Assembly: GCF_006345805.1 (NCBI RefSeq)
Contig: NC_043021.1
Location: forward strand, 25,234,001 to 25,298,000
Direction of reading: 5' to 3'
Length of the DNA: 64,000 bases
From: Octopus sinensis
Lineage: Eukaryota
Below are positions 63,378 to 64,000 of the stretch, one piece after another. Under the pieces are notes generated by a model. That model did no database searches, was not told the origin of the DNA, and was given only the letters and a program-made list of their open reading frames with translations. The translations under genes and the position numbers were made by a program. Position 1 is the stretch's first letter. Each line of letters begins with the position of its first letter.

Positions 63378-64000
63378 TAAAAAAAAAATATCGATTATAG
63401 TATGTATGTGTGTGTGTGGGGTAATCTTTAAAGTTCTTGTTCCTACACAAACTTAGAACAATTAAAGGACCGGTTCATTAATGGTAACTTTTCATAATTG
63501 ATTTACTAACTTATTTTTCAGTAAGTTAATTCAGTTACACAACCCCTCCCTGTATGTAATATATACACACGTATATATATATGTATACACGTATAAATCC
63601 TGGGGGCGTAAAACAAGTTCTTTCTAACCTTTCCAAAAGGATTTTGTTGACAAAACTTGAAAGATCGCCGTTTATAGAATTACTTTTTTTTTTATATTTC
63701 TGTGAGAAGAAAAAAAAAAAGAGCATTGAACGAGGTGTTGCCCTCAATTTTGATTTTTTAGTTGTATTTTCATGATTTTCTAGTATATGGGTGTGTGTGC
63801 GCGCCTTTATTGCGAGCACTGGCTGTTGTTGTAAATGAAGAAATATAACGGAAAGGGAATTTATTAAAAACTCCTTTTATCTACTCAAAAATAAATGACA
63901 CCATCAAATTCAATCATCTCGATTTGTCCTTAACAGAAATATATGGCATTTCATCACATTCAGTGTTTCTACACAGTATCTCCTTCGCTTGTAACCATTC

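Overview
Eukaryotic, AT-rich, microsatellite-saturated animal DNA. The SINE and LINE repertoire and the (TA)n/(CA)n/(TATG)n/(GAT)n load suggest a cephalopod, most likely Octopus (inference). There are no prokaryotic features: no CRISPR array, operon or rRNA. The only host gene I can recognise is the first coding exon of a short (type I) coronin at 63177-63368 (+), ending at a GT donor. The rest is mostly a stack of transposable elements. These include (i) several copies of an RTE-clade LINE family whose reverse transcriptase carries a complete C4HC3 PHD finger between the YADD motif and the F-x-YLG motif, plus a 3' UTR array of ~63-bp hairpin units with variable copy number; (ii) a BovB/Expander-type RTE without the PHD; (iii) an R4/Dong-like LINE with its RT core deleted; (iv) CR1, Tx1/L1 and Penelope-like relics; (v) Tc1/mariner elements, including a DD37D (maT) copy and MITEs; (vi) at least three tRNA-derived SINE families; and (vii) a Helitron/Helentron-like element. 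Unexplained structures include a perfect spacerless 288-bp palindrome, a 103-bp hairpin, a ~480-bp fold-back element, a 637-bp tandem duplication, degenerate hammerhead ribozyme cores, and SINE target-site duplications that all contain TACC at the tail-side junction. All calls were made by eye. No database search was run and TE boundaries are approximate unless stated.
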